A stretch of DNA of 62,722 nt, counting the filler. It is 10 parts of 10 records of this genome, joined end to end, with 100 filler letters (N's around TTAATTAATTAA, not from the genome) between each part and the next. Parts side by side here need not be neighbours in the genome. Positions count along the whole stretch, not along the records: positions 1 to 6,055 come from SRR31156797_131093; positions 6,156 to 11,441 come from SRR31156797_131799; 8 more parts are not named here. One strand, written 5' to 3'. A program made the translations under genes and the position numbers. This document shows positions 1 to 10,600 of the stretch, in pieces. The notes under the pieces are model-generated. The model had not been told where the DNA came from, ran no database searches, and was given only the letters and a program-made list of their open reading frames with translations. Every line of letters starts with the position of its first letter. The stretch's first letter is position 1.

Positions 1-979
1 GGATCGGGCCGAGGCCGATCGATCGCAGGATCGGCAGGATGATCGTTCCCAGCATGATGACCGTGCCGAGGCCGCCGACCGACGTGAAGACGATCGCGCT
101 GACCATGAAGACTGCCAGCGAAATAATGAACGGAGTCTCACCCGCGAACTCGGCGGTCCAGTAGACCATGCGTTCGGCGACTTTGAGGTTGCGGACATAC
201 ACGGCAAACATCCCACCGAAGATGGTGGCGATGATGGCTTTGTAGAGATAGAGACTTCCGCCGCCGAGGACGAGCATGAAGTAGTAGAGCATCGCCTGGT
301 AGCCGCACTGGAAGGTGAAGGCGGAGGAGTCGGCTGAAGCAAGTTCATGGTGTTTTTTTAGTATTGCGTGACTTTGTGTTCTGGCATCTATGAGAATGTC
401 GTAGATTGATTCTGGAGATGCCGCTGATGCGACAGGACGCAAGGTTTCCATGATTGCGATGGCATTCCAGGCATCGTTGAAGGATTGAAGCTGGCCCGCG
501 TAGTGTGAGTTTCGAAAGAAGTTAAAACGGCTTGTTGTATACTGTCGTATGGACGATTCTTTCCTTTGGTCCAGTTGCTGGACCTGTACCAGAATATCTT
601 CCAAAGCTGTTTTGTATTGGTCAGGCTTTTCCGATTCCCGGTCGATCTCCCATAGCTTTTCAACAGAGTGATAGTACAGGTTCGCTTTTTCCTGCAGTAA
701 AGCCAACTGTTCATGACGAGCTTGTTTCCAGATTTCAAACCGCGAGGGAAGCTCTTGATCTTCAGTGTGCCGGACGCGGGCACCGATTGTATCTTTAGTT
801 TCGGTCGTGACCGATTCAATGACGATAGCAGGCTGCATGAAGTCCGCCGAAACCGTCACCACGAGAAAAGAGATCGCCATCAGCGGAAGTGCCAGCAGGG
901 CCGACAGCTTTTCCAGGAACATCAGGATCGCAAAGCATAGAAAGATCCCAAGCAATACCAGGCCAACTATCGTACCCAT
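1..979 (-). CDS. Membrane permease, IT superfamily (citrate/gluconate-transporter-like), 3'-truncated at window start, with a large soluble insertion
   Basis: Not in the ORF track because it has no stop in the window. Manual translation from ATG 979 (GAGG upstream) stays open: MGTIVGLVLLGIFLCFAILMFLEKLSALLALPLMAISF...AIIATIFGGMFA...AVFMVSAIVFTSVGGLGTVIMLGTIILPILRSIG. Confidence 0.7.
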   Translation of the reverse strand, partial: MGTIVGLVLLGIFLCFAILMFLEKLSALLALPLMAISFLVVTVSADFMQPAIVIESVTTETKDTIGARVRHTEDQELPSRFEIWKQARHEQLALLQEKANLYYHSVEKLWEIDRESEKPDQYKTALEDILVQVQQLDQRKESSIRQYTTSRFNFFRNSHYAGQLQSFNDAWNAIAIMETLRPVASAASPESIYDILIDARTQSHAILKKHHELASADSSAFTFQCGYQAMLYYFMLVLGGGSLYLYKAIIATIFGGMFAVYVRNLKVAERMVYWTAEFAGETPFIISLAVFMVSAIVFTSVGGLGTVIMLGTIILPILRSIGLGPI

Positions 980-1217
980 TCTCGTTTCCTCGGTTTATGG
1001 TCGTCCGCGAGCACTCGATTCTATGAAAACCCCGGCTCGCTGGGGCCGGGGAAAGCAGAAACAGGCTACCGTAGATGCGTGCCTGAATCAAACGTCATTG
1101 GTCTGGATGATGGGACAGGTCAGCGGGTCGTGTTTTGTGTGTTGTGGGGGTAGAATAAGTGTGTTGGTACAGTGAACCGGTTTATCCTCTCTTGCGACGA
1201 GCGCGAGTACAGCTTCG

Positions 1218-1991
1218 ATGTTCGACGATATTACATGGTGGTGGTGGATTGTTCTTCCGGTGACGGGTTTCGCTGCGGGCTTTGTTGACAGCATTGCGGG
1301 CGGAGGTGGGATCATCACTGTGCCGGTTCTGCTGCAGATCGGCTTGCCGGTTCATATTGCGCTGGGGACGAACAAACTGCAGGGATCGTTTGGTAGTACT
1401 GCTGCTGCGATTACCTATACACGCCGCGGGCTCGCTACGCCGAAGACATTCTGGTACGGCATTCTGTTTACCTTTATTGGTGCTGGATCGGGGGCGTTGA
1501 TTCTGCAGATGCTGCCGCCGGGGCCGCTTGTGTACTTTACGATCGGGATGCTGACGATTCTGTTTGCGCTGATGGTTGCTTCGCCAAAGCTGGGTGAAGA
1601 ATACCGTGAGGCGCGGATGGGCAAGGTTTCGTTTCACCTGGTGTTCGGATTGCTCATTGGTTTTTATGACGGCTTCTTCGGTCCTGGAACCGGATCGTTC
1701 TGGGCGATGGCGTATGTTCTGCTGCTGGGTTTGAATCTTAAGGAAGCTACCGGGCAGACCAAGGTGATGAACTGCACATCCAATCTGACTGCCCTGGCGT
1801 TTCTGGCGCTTGGTGGGAAAGTGCTGTTGATTCCCGGGGTGATGATGGGAATCGGGCAGGTTGCCGGAGCTCGGCTTGGTGCGACGCTCGTTGCGAAACA
1901 CAGCACGAAGTTTGTGAAGGCGATTCTGATTCTTGTTACGGGGGCTACGCTGGCGCGGCTGATCTATACGACGATTATTAATCCGTCTTAA
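1218..1991 (+). CDS. TSUP (TauE/SafE, YfcA-like) family transporter
   Basis: AGFVDSIAGGGG, LGTNKLQ and GFYDGFFGPGTGSF motifs; multiple TM segments. Confidence 0.93.
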   Translation: MFDDITWWWWIVLPVTGFAAGFVDSIAGGGGIITVPVLLQIGLPVHIALGTNKLQGSFGSTAAAITYTRRGLATPKTFWYGILFTFIGAGSGALILQMLPPGPLVYFTIGMLTILFALMVASPKLGEEYREARMGKVSFHLVFGLLIGFYDGFFGPGTGSFWAMAYVLLLGLNLKEATGQTKVMNCTSNLTALAFLALGGKVLLIPGVMMGIGQVAGARLGATLVAKHSTKFVKAILILVTGATLARLIYTTIINPS

Positions 1992-2011
1992 TCGTGATTC
2001 GTTTGAGCTGA

Positions 2012-3097
2012 CTATTCGTCTTCTTCTTCGACCAGATCTGTACGAAGGTGTGGCGGAATGGGGAGCTTTGACTTCGGCTGCTCGGGCATGATCGCGTCCT
2101 GCGGGCGGTGCTTCTGGATGAGTTCCCAGAGTTGTTCGAGCATCGGCTCGAGCCCCATGCCCGTGGCGGCACTGATCGGCAGAACCCGGGTACCGAGAGC
2201 CGCTTCCAGTTCACGCAACGGTTCATTGTCTTCACCGAGATCGAGTTTGTTGGCGACGACGAGTTCTGGTTTGCCGCCCAGCTTTTCGCTGTACTGGTCG
2301 AGTTCGCGGCGGATTGTCTCGTAGGCGTGGACGGGATTCTCGCCGTCATCCATCGGGTGCAGATCGACGAGGTGCAGCAGCACGCGCGTCCGCTCGATAT
2401 GACGGAGGAAATCGTGGCCGAGACCGGCACCTTCAGATGCCCCTTCGATCAGACCTGGAATGTCCGCCATGACGAAACGCCGCGATCCGGAGAGTTCGAC
2501 AATCCCCAGTTGAGGCTTCAGCGTCGTAAAAGGATAGTCCGCGATCTTCGGTCTTGCCTGCGAGAGCCGTGCCAGCAGCGTGCTTTTGCCAGCGTTTGGC
2601 AGTCCAACGACGCCGACGTCGGCGATCAGTCGAAGGTCGAGACGGAGCCAGCGTTCCTGGCCGTCTCCTCCGGGTTCGGCTTCCCGCGGGGTCTGATCGG
2701 TCGGGGTTGCGAATGCCTTGTTGCCGCGACCGCCGTTGCCGCCGATACACAGGACTGCTGAATCGCCCGATTTTTTCAGGTCTTTCAGCAGGACTCCGGT
2801 TTCCTTGTCGTAGATGATGGTGCCGGGTGGGACTTCAATGACGAGATCTTCCCCGTTACGGCCGTTGCGGTTGCCGCCTTCGCCGGGTCGACCGTTTTCG
2901 GCGATCCAGTGGTGTTTGCCGGCAAAATCCAGGAGGGTGTCTACGTTTACAGCGGCCTTGATCACAATACTGCCGCCTTCGCCACCGTTTCCTCCATCGG
3001 GGCCACCCTTGGCGACGTACTTGGCGCGGTGGAAGCTCACGCAGCCGTGGCCGCCTTTACCGGATCGAACATAGATTTCCGCCTGGTCAATAAACAT
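2012..3097 (-). CDS. obgE: GTPase ObgE/CgtA
   Basis: MFIDQAEI..SGKGGHG Gly-rich Obg domain; GLPNAGKS, DYPFTT, DIPG and NKLD G-motifs. Confidence 0.97.
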   Translation of the reverse strand: MFIDQAEIYVRSGKGGHGCVSFHRAKYVAKGGPDGGNGGEGGSIVIKAAVNVDTLLDFAGKHHWIAENGRPGEGGNRNGRNGEDLVIEVPPGTIIYDKETGVLLKDLKKSGDSAVLCIGGNGGRGNKAFATPTDQTPREAEPGGDGQERWLRLDLRLIADVGVVGLPNAGKSTLLARLSQARPKIADYPFTTLKPQLGIVELSGSRRFVMADIPGLIEGASEGAGLGHDFLRHIERTRVLLHLVDLHPMDDGENPVHAYETIRRELDQYSEKLGGKPELVVANKLDLGEDNEPLRELEAALGTRVLPISAATGMGLEPMLEQLWELIQKHRPQDAIMPEQPKSKLPIPPHLRTDLVEEEDE

Positions 3098-3123
3098 CAG
3101 TCAGATTGTAGCCGTTTCTAATG

Positions 3124-3153
3124 AAAAGGGGACAGAAAACCTGTCCCCTTTTT
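3124..3153. terminator. Intrinsic terminator downstream of the acyl-CoA dehydrogenase (bidirectional-type)
   Basis: AAAAGGGGACAG-aaaac-CTGTCCCCTTTTT hairpin with A and T tails. Confidence 0.75.
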
Positions 3154-3177
3154 AATGATTCTACTTCGTTATCGGGT

Positions 3178-4929
3178 CTACGCGGTGACAACCGGCGGCC
3201 CGGCAATGTCGTCGAACTCGTACATCGCACTTTCGTCGCCGCTGCAGATGACCGTCACGTTGCGGGTGACGTTCGGCAGGCCGTTTTCGATGTAGCGTTT
3301 TGCGACTTTCTTCTTGCGGTCACTGGCTTCAGCCTGACGGAGGAACAGGTGACCGATGATAACCACGATTGCTGAATCCACCAGGCGGCGGCCGTGAAGG
3401 TCCATGTACTGACCGCCACGTTCCTTGATGAACGCAATGCCCTTGAGGACTTCTTCGCGGGCGCCGACGAGGTTTTCCTTGAGACCCTTGAGCAGGTCGT
3501 CGGAGTATTCTTTTTCTTCGAGTTCGGCGGTGTACTTTTCGAACGCACCACCGCAGACACCGCGAACGGCGGCCACGATCTGCAGCTCGGAGGTACCTTC
3601 GTAAATCGTCGTGATACGGGCATCGCGGGCGAACCGCTCGGACGGGTAGTCCTTCATGAAGCCCGAACCGCCGAGGACCTGGATGGCGTCGTATGCCACG
3701 TCGTTGCACATCTCGGATCCGAGGTACTTGCTCATCGGGGTGAGCATGGCATTGAGACGCTTGAGTTGACGGGACGACTTCTTGAGTTCCTTGGCTTCTG
3801 CCGGATCTGACGGCGGATTGTATTCTGCCATCCGGAGAATGTTGTTTTCGCGATCGCAGGACATACTGGAGACATACGTCAGGGCGCGGGCGGCCTCGAT
3901 GTAGATCTTCATGTCCGTTACGAGTTCAGCCACTGCAGGCAGGCGTTCGATCGAGGTGCCGAACTGTTTCCGCGTGTGAGCGTATTCACGGGCAACGCGG
4001 TATGCGGCTTCACCAATACCCAGCGACTGGGCGGCAATACCGATACGGGCACCGTTCATCAGGCTCATCGTGTAGGAAATCAGTCCCAGCTGACGCTTGC
4101 CGACCAGTTTGCACGGCACGTCGTTGAAGACCAGTTCGCAGGTCGGCGAACCGTGGATCCCCATCTTGTCTTCCAGGTGACGAACCTTGAGGTTCGGGTG
4201 GCGACCGTGAACGAAGAGGCTCAGGCCACGACCGTCCTTGACGTCCGGTTCGCTGCGGGCCAGCGTCAGCAGGACATCACCGCAACCGTTGGTGATGAAT
4301 CGCTTCACGCCGTTGAGCAGCCAGTTGCCGTCATCGTCCTGGTAGGCGCGAAGGCCGACAGCCTGGAGGTCCGAACCGGCATCCGGCTCGGTCAGCGCCA
4401 TCGCGCCGGTGTATTTGCCTTCGGAGAACGGAGGCAGAAATTCCTGCTTGATCTCTTCGTCGGCAAAGGCGTTGATGGTTTCGGCAATGCCCTGGAGACC
4501 GAAGATATTCATCAACGAACCGTCGGCGCGGCTGACGATTTCGTTGGCCATCGTGTAGATGACGTTGGGGCAGTTGAGTCCGCCGTACTTACGGGGCAGG
4601 GTAAAGCCCATCATGTCCGCCTGACCGAGCGCCTTGAGGTTGGCCTCGACGAGCGGATTCATGGTGACGGTTCCGTCTTCGTTGAGGGTGTGACCTTCGC
4701 GGTCGATCTGCTCGGCACGAGCTTCGATCTGGTTCGCGGCAATGTCGCCTACGATCTCGAGAATGCGGCGATAGTTGTCGATCGCATCTTCGGCATTCTG
4801 CGGAGCGTATTCGCTGCCGGGACCGTCGGTCTGCGTAAAGTTGTCTTCCTGCAATGCCGCGATCTCGGCGAGATCGAGGTGATCGAACAGGAACCGGATG
4901 TCTTCGTTGTCGAGAAAGAAGTTTGGCAT
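3178..4929 (-). CDS. Acyl-CoA dehydrogenase (long form with C-terminal extension), ETF-linked
   Basis: MALTEPDAGSDL, LNGVKRFITNG, KMGIHGSPTC, IQVLGGSG and IYEGTSE motifs; start placed at MPNFFLDNED. Confidence 0.93.
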   Translation of the reverse strand: MPNFFLDNEDIRFLFDHLDLAEIAALQEDNFTQTDGPGSEYAPQNAEDAIDNYRRILEIVGDIAANQIEARAEQIDREGHTLNEDGTVTMNPLVEANLKALGQADMMGFTLPRKYGGLNCPNVIYTMANEIVSRADGSLMNIFGLQGIAETINAFADEEIKQEFLPPFSEGKYTGAMALTEPDAGSDLQAVGLRAYQDDDGNWLLNGVKRFITNGCGDVLLTLARSEPDVKDGRGLSLFVHGRHPNLKVRHLEDKMGIHGSPTCELVFNDVPCKLVGKRQLGLISYTMSLMNGARIGIAAQSLGIGEAAYRVAREYAHTRKQFGTSIERLPAVAELVTDMKIYIEAARALTYVSSMSCDRENNILRMAEYNPPSDPAEAKELKKSSRQLKRLNAMLTPMSKYLGSEMCNDVAYDAIQVLGGSGFMKDYPSERFARDARITTIYEGTSELQIVAAVRGVCGGAFEKYTAELEEKEYSDDLLKGLKENLVGAREEVLKGIAFIKERGGQYMDLHGRRLVDSAIVVIIGHLFLRQAEASDRKKKVAKRYIENGLPNVTRNVTVICSGDESAMYEFDDIAGPPVVTA

Positions 4930-5003
4930 AATACGATTCGCCTGACTATCCTGTCTATTGTAGTCCAAAAACTGGAATATCGTTTATCGTTCGCTTTGGC
5001 TGA

Positions 5004-6035
5004 CTATTCGGGCTTTTCCTTGATCGCCTTGATCATCATCGGGATGATCTTGTTGAGATCGCCGACGATTCCGTAATGAGCGATCGAGAAGATCGGGGCC
5101 TCGGGATCCTTGTTGATCGCGATGATCTTGGCGGACTCTTCCATACCCGCACGGTGCTGGACCGCACCACTGATGCCACACGCGATGTACAGTGCCGGAC
5201 GGACCGTGGTACCGGTCTGGCCTACCTGGTGATCCTTGTCGATCATGCCGCTGTCGACGGCCGCACGCGATGCACCCACTGCACCACCAATGGCTCCCGC
5301 CAGGTCGAACAGCAACTGGAAGTTTTCCTTGCTTCCGACACCGCCGCCACCGGCGACGATGACACGAGCACCCTTGAGGTTGATCTTTCGTTCTTCGCGA
5401 ATGCGTTCGATCAGCTTGACCGAGAGGTCAAAGTCGGTGAAGGAGATGTCTTCATCGATGATCTCGCCCTGGCGGCTCGGATCGGCATCCTGCATCTTCA
5501 TCACGCCTTCGCGGACGGTCGCCATCTGCGGCCATCGCTGGACGTTGACGATCGTCGCGATGATGTTTCCACCAAACGCGGGACGAATCTGCTGGAGCAG
5601 GTCCTTGTGAACCTTGTCGCTCTTGGGTTCGACGTATTCGTCGATGTCCAGGTCGGTGCAGTCGGCAGTCATCCCCGCACGCATTTCCGATGCGACGCGC
5701 GGAGCCAGGTCACGACCCAGCGGGGTCGCACCGTAGAGCACGATCTGCGGTTTGTATTTTTCGATCAGGGAGCACATGACCCGTGAGTACGGGAGTGTGC
5801 GGAAGTGTTCGAGCTCTTCATGGTTGACGTGGTAGACCTTGTCAGCGCCGTGGGCGATCAGGTCTTTCGCCATGTCCCGCACGTTATGGCCCGGCAGGGC
5901 TGCAGCTACCTTGACGCCCAACTGGCCGGCCAGCTCGCGAGCTTTTCCGCACAGTTCGAGCGATACTTCGTTGAGGCTGCCGTCTTCCTGCTCGGCAAAC
6001 ACCCAGACATCGCCTTGTCGATTCATTTCAATCAT
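5004..6035 (-). CDS. etfA: Electron transfer flavoprotein alpha subunit
   Basis: VWVFAEQ, GRDLAPR, TADCT, RPAFGGN, QVGQTG, GISGAVQH and INKDPEAPIF motifs. Confidence 0.95.
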   Translation of the reverse strand: MIEMNRQGDVWVFAEQEDGSLNEVSLELCGKARELAGQLGVKVAAALPGHNVRDMAKDLIAHGADKVYHVNHEELEHFRTLPYSRVMCSLIEKYKPQIVLYGATPLGRDLAPRVASEMRAGMTADCTDLDIDEYVEPKSDKVHKDLLQQIRPAFGGNIIATIVNVQRWPQMATVREGVMKMQDADPSRQGEIIDEDISFTDFDLSVKLIERIREERKINLKGARVIVAGGGGVGSKENFQLLFDLAGAIGGAVGASRAAVDSGMIDKDHQVGQTGTTVRPALYIACGISGAVQHRAGMEESAKIIAINKDPEAPIFSIAHYGIVGDLNKIIPMMIKAIKEKPE

Positions 6036-6055
6036 GTTGTTTCGCTTCGCTCAAA

Positions 6056-6155
6056 NNNNNNNNNNNNNNNNNNNNNNNNNNNNNNNNNNNNNNNNNNNNT
6101 TAATTAATTAANNNNNNNNNNNNNNNNNNNNNNNNNNNNNNNNNNNNNNNNNNNN
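6056..6155. other. Artificial contig spacer
   Basis: N44-TTAATTAATTAA-N44. Confidence 0.99.
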
Positions 6156-6372
6156 AGCCCGCGGGCAGGGTCCACAGGCCCCGGCAGGGCTCGATATCCC
6201 TCCGGCAGAGCAGGACCGACTCCTCCCAGAGGGGGATGCACCCCACAACCATGATCGGGTTCTGATAGTAGACATGGCCGCAACGGGTGCATATGGCCCG
6301 GTTTCGGTCATCCCCGGGGGGGATGCGTTCTTCCACACCACCCCCGCAGCTCTGGCAGAAGTTGATATCCAT
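6156..6372 (-). CDS. Nudix hydrolase with N-terminal zinc ribbon, 3'-truncated
   Basis: FCQSCG...CTRCG..YQNP and LLCRR...[13 protein letters not shown] overlap with the GAPDH stop. Confidence 0.88.
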
Positions 6373-7619
6373 TAGAGTGTCTCTGCTATGGTCACGGTTC
6401 TGTCAGCCAGGGTGTTGACATAGCTTGCCATTTCGTTGTCATACCACCCGTAGATGACGGCATTGGTGACCGGCACCCTGGCAACGGTATTATCCAGGGC
6501 GGCAAGGATGTTCGGGTCCAGTCCCTTGATCTGGCCCAGGTTGATGCCGATCTCCGCCGTGCGGGTGTGGGTCTCGTGGCCCTCGATGATGGCCGCGGCC
6601 CTGGGGGTGCCCACGATGTCGGCGGATACATTCTGCTTGTCCGTGTACACCAGGTAGCCGTCGCCTTTTTCCTCGGCCGTCTTTTTGTAGAGTCCGTTCA
6701 GCAGCGTCCTGTTGATGGGGGTGCCGTTGGCGTCGTCCTGGAGGTTCAGCACCAGGATGATCAATGACCCCGATGCCGTGGGGATGCGGACCGATTCAGC
6801 GATGAAGCCGATGGTGCCCATCTCCGGGATCACAAGGGACAGGGCCCTTGCCGCCCCTGTGGAGGTGAGGATGATGTTGTTCATGACGCTGCGGTTCTTC
6901 CTCAAGTCCTTTGCCCCCTTCTTGGGCAGGCGGTCAAGGACCTGCTGGGAGCCGGTGGCCGCATGGACCGTGGCCATGGATGCGGACAGGATCCGGTCCG
7001 CACCAAAATAGTCCAGGAGGGGCTTGATCATGTGGGCAAGGCAGTTGGTGGTGCAGGAGGCGTTGGAGATGAGCCTGTGGGTCCTGGGATCATAGGCGGT
7101 GTCGTTGATGCCCATGACCGTTGTCACGGCATCGTTCGGCATTGAGTCTCCTTCCCGTACCTTGAAGGGCGCGCTTACGATCACCTTTTCCGCCCCGCAT
7201 TCAAGATGGCCCCGGACCGATCCCCTTGCCGTGTCATAGGAGGCGTTGGGGTCCAGGAACGCGCCCGTGGTGTCCACCACCAGCCGTGCGTCGTGGTCTC
7301 CCCACCCGATCTCGAGGGGGTTGCGCTTTTCCCTCAGGACCGTTACCTTGACGCCGTTGACCCGCATGGTGCCTGCGGCTTCGTCAAGGTCGCCGATCAC
7401 AGGCTGGGCGTTGTAACCGTGGAGAAAGGAGCTGAGGCTTCCATAGGTCGTGTCCCGTTCCAGGTAGTGGGCCACATCCTCGAGGGACCTTCCCGCCTCC
7501 CGGCCGATATTAACGATCAACTCGTCAAAATAGCCCCGCCCCACATGGTGCCACACCGTGAGCTTGCCGATCCTGCCGAGTCCGTTAATACCAAGCCGCT
7601 TTGAATTCTCTTCACTCAT
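6372..7619 (-). CDS. gap: Glyceraldehyde-3-phosphate dehydrogenase, long divergent form (415 aa)
   Basis: GINGLGRIG Rossmann motif; catalytic [21 protein letters not shown] and WYDNE motifs. Confidence 0.9.
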   Translation of the reverse strand: MSEENSKRLGINGLGRIGKLTVWHHVGRGYFDELIVNIGREAGRSLEDVAHYLERDTTYGSLSSFLHGYNAQPVIGDLDEAAGTMRVNGVKVTVLREKRNPLEIGWGDHDARLVVDTTGAFLDPNASYDTARGSVRGHLECGAEKVIVSAPFKVREGDSMPNDAVTTVMGINDTAYDPRTHRLISNASCTTNCLAHMIKPLLDYFGADRILSASMATVHAATGSQQVLDRLPKKGAKDLRKNRSVMNNIILTSTGAARALSLVIPEMGTIGFIAESVRIPTASGSLIILVLNLQDDANGTPINRTLLNGLYKKTAEEKGDGYLVYTDKQNVSADIVGTPRAAAIIEGHETHTRTAEIGINLGQIKGLDPNILAALDNTVARVPVTNAVIYGWYDNEMASYVNTLADRTVTIAETL

Positions 7620-7637
7620 CGCCGTGTTCTCCTATTA

Positions 7638-10600
7638 CTATAATTCATTGACTTTTAAATATCCTTTATATACTAACCCTTCTCTTCCGTCCATGCTGAT
7701 AAAATCGCCGGATTTCATGAGGGTGTTTTCAAACTTGCACTGTCGCTTTTTCTCGTTGCTCATCAGGTTTTCGCAGCCCACCACACAGGTTTTTTTAAGA
7801 CTGTGGGCCACCACGGACGCATGGGAGGTGACACCGCCCCTGGCCGTGAGGATGCCGTCGGACGCATAGATCTCCCGGATGTCGTCGGCAACCGTGTCGC
7901 CCCGGATGAGGATCAGGTTGACCTCCGGTTCCCGTTTGCGCCATTCCTTGATCTCTTCCAGGGTGAAGACGATCCGTCCGCTCATGGGGCCGCCCGAAAC
8001 CCCGATGCCCCTGCCAAGGTACTCCACCTCGGAATCGAGGTTTTCCATGTCAAAGGTGAGGATGATGTTTCTTTCCCTCACGGACATGTCCCGGGTCTGG
8101 AGCAGGTACAGGTCCTTGTAGTTGGGGCTTTCAAAGGTGAACTCCATCTCCTGGGGATCCCAATGGTGGTCGTAGATCAGCTCGTAGGCAATGGTCTTGA
8201 GGTTCTCGTAGAGTTCGGGGAACCCCGATTCAAGACTGATGTCGCTGCCCCGCTGCTCAATCTCCCGCTGCATCTCCGAGATGGCCAGGGTTCTGACAAG
8301 CCCGGAAACGACATCCTCCCCCTGGTTGCCGATGGTGAAGTCCCCCCACAGCCGCAGGGTATCCCCGGGCAGCCGGGGGCTGTGGGTGAAGAATACGCCC
8401 GAACCGGCCGCCCGGTCGGAGGCGTTGCCGAACACCATGGTCTGGACCGTGACCGCCGTGCCCCAGTCGTCTGAGATGCCCATGATCCTGCGATAGGCCC
8501 TGGCCTGGGGGGAGTCCCAGGAGGCGAACACCTTGTCAATGGCAAGGTATAGCTGGTCAATGGGCTGCTCGACCAGCTCTATGCCGGAATCGACCACCAT
8601 GTTCTTGTAGGTGATGGACAAAAGCTTCATCTGTTCCCCGGTGAACTCCCGTTTCAGGGAGACCCCGTATTTTTTCTTGAACTTGTACATGATCGAGTCA
8701 AAGTCGTTCCGGTTGAGGCCGAAGGACATGCCGTAGCCCTGGACAAACCGGCGGTAGCAGTCCCAGGCAAACCAGGTGTTGCCCGATTTTTTTGCGATAC
8801 TCTCGGCAATGGTCTCGTTGAGCCCTACGTTGGTGTAGGATTCGAGCATGCCGGGCTGGGAGATGGATGAACCGCTCCTGACCGAAATGAGCAGGGGATT
8901 CTTGGGGTTGCCAAAGGCCTTGCCCGTGCGTTTTTCAAGGATGGCCAGGTTGGCCTCCACCTGCTTCCGGAAGTTGGCCCGTGCCGGTTCGTAGGTGTTG
9001 ATCAGCTCCTGGCACCGGAACGCTTCCGTGGTGATGATGAATCCCGGCGGTATGGGCAGTCCCATTTTTTTGAGCTCCACCAGGTTGAGGCCCTTGTTGC
9101 CCAGGTGGATGATGTGGTGGGTGTCCCGCTTTTCTCCGCTGATTCGGGTGATGGCGTTGTTGGGATCGTAGTTGAACAGCTTGTTGAGCAGGGTTCCCGA
9201 CAGGGTTTCGCTCTGGCGGACCAGGGTCTTCATGATCCGGTTAAGAAAGACGTCCAGCTGCTGGAGCCCGAGGGAGGTGACGATCTTGTCCCGGAAAAAG
9301 AGTTCCGCCACCCGGTGGGCAAGCTTTTTCCGTTCCATCTCCTCTTCATCCTTGGGAAGGAATTTCTCCAGGATCTGGTCCTCCGGCATCTTGGCCATAA
9401 TCTGGAGAATGTTCCGGCCGTGGATGGTGTGGAAGTTGTCATCGATGATGTTTTTGACGGCCCGTGAAAATCCCTTGAAGATGTCGATGTACTGGGTAAA
9501 TGAAAACGCCCTGGCTTCGATGGAGTGGGTCAGGAGTTCCAGCTGGGTCTTCATCTTGTTGGAGGAGATGCCGTCCACGCTCAGGGCCATGTCAAACAGC
9601 TCCAGGATCTCGAGGACCTGGGAGAAGGTGACATTGGTGATCAGGCTCAGGTCAATGCTGTTGATCAGCTCCTCGAACAGTACGTTGACGATGGCCTCGA
9701 TGCGGAGGGTGAGTCCCAGGGCATCAAACCGCGTTTCGCTGTAGCTGCCGTATACCGAGGGGATGTCCACGGCAATGTGCCGTTTGTGGTACATGTTCTC
9801 CCTGATCTCAAAGGTGGCATCCGAGAGGATCAGGGCCTTGAGGTCATCCAGGTAGTCGAGGAGGCCGGAGAGCTTTTGCTTGATCCCGGGCTCGGCAAGG
9901 GCCTGCCTGATCCGGTCGGTATCGGGCAGGTCTTCGCAGTTGAGCTGGTCAAGATAGGAGTCCAGTTCGATGTTGTCGAAATTGTATTTCTGGTTGAGCA
10001 GGCGGTAGAACTCCAGGGTGAGATGGGCCCTGTCCCTGTCAAGGTCCGACACGTCCGTAACGGCGTCGATTTTTGCCGCCACAAGGGCTTCATCCTTGGT
10101 CAGCAGGTCCTGGGGAAGACGAATGCCGCCTTTTGAAAGGCTGGAAAAGATTTTTCCCATGCCGCGGCTGTAGATCCCGTCCTCGTCGATCTCGTCGTAG
10201 ATCATGGGCGGGACATAGGGTTGAAGGCCGGTCTTGTCCGAGGTCTCCCAGAAGAGCATGACCTGCTCGATGAAGCTCACCACCCGGCTGCTGCTCTCCA
10301 CATGGCATTGCTTGCGCAGGAAATGGATCAGGGTGTCCTTTCTCAGGCAGGCCTCATCCAGCTGGGTGGAGATATCCCTGAGTTTCCCTTCGGCCCCGAT
10401 GTCGTTGAAAAAGGCCGGGAGCAGCCGTGCCAGCTGTTTGACAAGGTTGTAAACCGGGGCGATGTTCTTGCCGAGAAAAGCGGTGATGTCCCGGGGAAAG
10501 AGATCCGTGTCCTTGATGAATACCCCGCCGCAGGAGAGGAAGATGATCATGGCCGACAACAGCCTTGCCGACATCTTGGGTTTCTGGCCGATCAGTTCGA

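Noticed and set aside
388-1175. Track ORFs 388-819, 532-798, 765-1175 and 816-1091
   Set aside because: Off-frame or antisense shadows of the real transporter frame (979..1, minus strand)
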